In this document: positions 30,401 to 32,000 of the stretch, one piece after another
How the letters are laid out: each line of letters begins with the position of its first letter
How positions within the stretch are numbered: the stretch's first letter is position 1
DNA from: Pirellula staleyi DSM 6068
GTDB taxonomy: Bacteria > Planctomycetota > Planctomycetia > Pirellulales > Pirellulaceae
DNA: 32,000 nt
Assembly (NCBI GenBank): GCA_000025185.1
Contig: CP001848.1
Span: 2,640,001 to 2,672,000 of the forward strand
Direction: 5' to 3'
Notes under the pieces: model-generated
The model's input: only the letters and a program-made list of their open reading frames with translations
The model's database searches: none
What the model was told of the DNA's origin: nothing
Made by a program: the position numbers and the translations under genes

Positions 30401-31519
30401 ATGCGGATGAAGTCTCTAATCCTGATCTTCATTGCCCTAGGCTGCGGTCTGGTCGCTTCGATCGGCATCAGCCAGGTGATGGAGCGTGGTGGCAGCGGAG
30501 CTGCGCCAGCCATGGAGATGGAGCAGATCCTCGTTGCGCTCGCCGACATCGATATCGATGCCAAGCTGAACGCCGAGAATGTGCAACTCGAAGAGTGGCC
30601 CAAATCCAAGGTTCCCGAGGGGGCGGTTCGCTCGCTCGATGAAGTCGAGGCCAAATTCGCTCAGCAGCGATTCTTTAAAGGAGAGCCGATTCTCCTGGCC
30701 AAGATCAGCGACCAAAACGTCAACCCGATGATCCGCATCCCGGAAGGTTACCGGGTCATGCCGGTGAAAGTCGACGATGAAACGGTGCTGAAAGCCATTT
30801 CGCCCGGCGATCGCGTCGACGTGATGGTGTTCCTCCGCCGTAGCGAAGAAATCAAGCAGACCGCGACCTATACGATTCTGCGTAATGTCCGTGTGTTCGC
30901 TGTGAATTCCAATACCGAGCGCGATCTCGAGACCAAGGGGCAAGACGTCAATGCTCGCACCGTGTCGCTGATCATTAAGCCACAGCAGTCGCGAGAACTC
31001 GCGGTCGCTTCGCAGATTGGCAAGATCATCCTGACGATGCGTCGCCCCGATGAAACCGACGAAGCGGGCGAAGGTGAAGACGTAACTCCTATCACGGAAA
31101 TCCTTTCGGGCAAAGCATCGCTTGGCGATGAAGAGCAGCCCGCACCAGCGGCACCAGTCGCTGCTCCGGCACCGATCAACAGCTTTCTGACCGAAGTGAC
31201 CACGCCTGCTGCTCCAGCCCCCGCACCAGCGGCTGCTGTCCCAGCAAAGCCTGCCTTCACGATGCACATCTTTGGCCCTGCTGATGTGAAAGCCTACGAA
31301 TGGCAAGACACCAAGCAGCTCCCAATCGAAACGAGCCTGGGTGGCCAGCCCACACCTGTGGTCGAGCCTGCACCAGCCCCAGTGGCTCCGGCTGCTCAAC
31401 CAACGCCAGCTGCCGAGCCAACTTTGGAAGAACCAGTATCAGCCGAGCCAGTGACCGTGGAGCCTGTGACCGAAGAAGCAGGCACGTCTCCACCTGCGTA
31501 TGCACCACCTGTCGACTAA
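30401..31519 (+). CDS. cpaB: Flp pilus assembly protein CpaB/RcpC with long Pro/Ala-rich C-terminal extension
   Basis: MRMKSLILIFIALGCGLVASIG provides the N-terminal TM segment. The SAF-like region reads ILVALADIDIDAKLNAENVQLEEWP. The core reads GYRVMPVKVDD...GDRVDVMV...VRVFAV. Confidence 0.9.
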   Translation: MRMKSLILIFIALGCGLVASIGISQVMERGGSGAAPAMEMEQILVALADIDIDAKLNAENVQLEEWPKSKVPEGAVRSLDEVEAKFAQQRFFKGEPILLAKISDQNVNPMIRIPEGYRVMPVKVDDETVLKAISPGDRVDVMVFLRRSEEIKQTATYTILRNVRVFAVNSNTERDLETKGQDVNARTVSLIIKPQQSRELAVASQIGKIILTMRRPDETDEAGEGEDVTPITEILSGKASLGDEEQPAPAAPVAAPAPINSFLTEVTTPAAPAPAPAAAVPAKPAFTMHIFGPADVKAYEWQDTKQLPIETSLGGQPTPVVEPAPAPVAPAAQPTPAAEPTLEEPVSAEPVTVEPVTEEAGTSPPAYAPPVD

Positions 31520-31760
31520 CGAGTGGAGCGATAGCGTCAGCGAACCGACACCACGACATTCACGACCGAGCATCCTGAGAGACCACACGAGCCAAATCAC
31601 CTTCCCACACTCGATTTTTCATCTGCAGCAATATGCGAGAGGCCTTGGAGGGCGAGCTTGCATGTACTACGGACGCGAGTGATACAGCACACCCTGCCAA
31701 GCCGATACGAACAAGACAGTCCCGATAGCGCGTTTACAACGCATGCAAGGAAGCATAAGG

Positions 31761-32000
31761 ATGGCCATCGCAAACTCTCCAGGGCGCTTGCAAAAGCGAT
31801 ACTCCCTGCTGGCAGGATTGCCCGCGCTACTCGTGGCACTCACGTTTGCCGCACCTGCGTTTTCGCAGCCAATGAGCCTTCCCGGAGTTGGCCCCATGCC
31901 AGCCGCCGTGAAGTTCAAGGTCCAAGGACCTGCGGAAAAGCTCGAAATGACGGTCAACACCAGCCGCGTCGTCGAATTTCCGTTCGACGTCCCGAAAATG
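31761..32000 (+). CDS. cpaC: CpaC/RcpA secretin, N-terminal part (runs off the right edge)
   Basis: My own translation gives MAIANSPGRLQKRYSLLAGLPALLVALTFAAPAFSQP... then KLEMTVNTSRVVEFPFDVPKM, which resembles the pilus-formation N-terminal region. It is in the expected position after cpaB. An alternative ATG lies at 31743. Confidence 0.7.
   Translation, partial: MAIANSPGRLQKRYSLLAGLPALLVALTFAAPAFSQPMSLPGVGPMPAAVKFKVQGPAEKLEMTVNTSRVVEFPFDVPKM

Overview
High-GC bacterial window. The gene content points to Planctomycetota, probably Pirellulales-like: a DUF1559 prepilin-like protein, a BBP7 barrel, and giant proteins with an SRFExxExR leader. This taxon call is inference only, since I could run no searches.

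Layout, left to right:
- (1) The 5' part of a BtuB-like TonB-dependent receptor behind a clear cobalamin riboswitch.
- (2) A minus-strand run: a giant DUF11-repeat surface protein, then a DUF1559 pseudopilin-like protein, then small membrane ORFs.
- (3) A 137-aa protein made of four MshEN/GspE-N-like 24-residue units, then tRNA-Leu(CAG) with a structured trailer.
- (4) Housekeeping genes: rhodanese, a CCA-adding enzyme, and hypotheticals.
- (5) A cell-surface cluster. On the minus strand: a beta-propeller protein, a Tat-signal WD40 protein and a 1277-aa SdrD-B/FG-GAP giant. Divergently on the plus strand: a DUF481 barrel and a BBP7 barrel.
- (6) A chemosensory module (unusual soluble mini-MCP, CheA-REC hybrid, CheW). 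After an AT-richer leader of about 1 kb it runs into a Flp/Tad pilus operon: flp, flp, a small ORF, cpaA/tadV, tadE-like, cpaB, and the start of cpaC.

The most interesting signal is the Che module coupled to the Tad locus. It includes a cis-element shared between the cheA and flp upstream regions, and two flp copies whose mature peptides are identical despite 14 synonymous codon differences.

I saw no rRNA, CRISPR array, transposase or integrase. All domain calls rest on motif recognition by eye.
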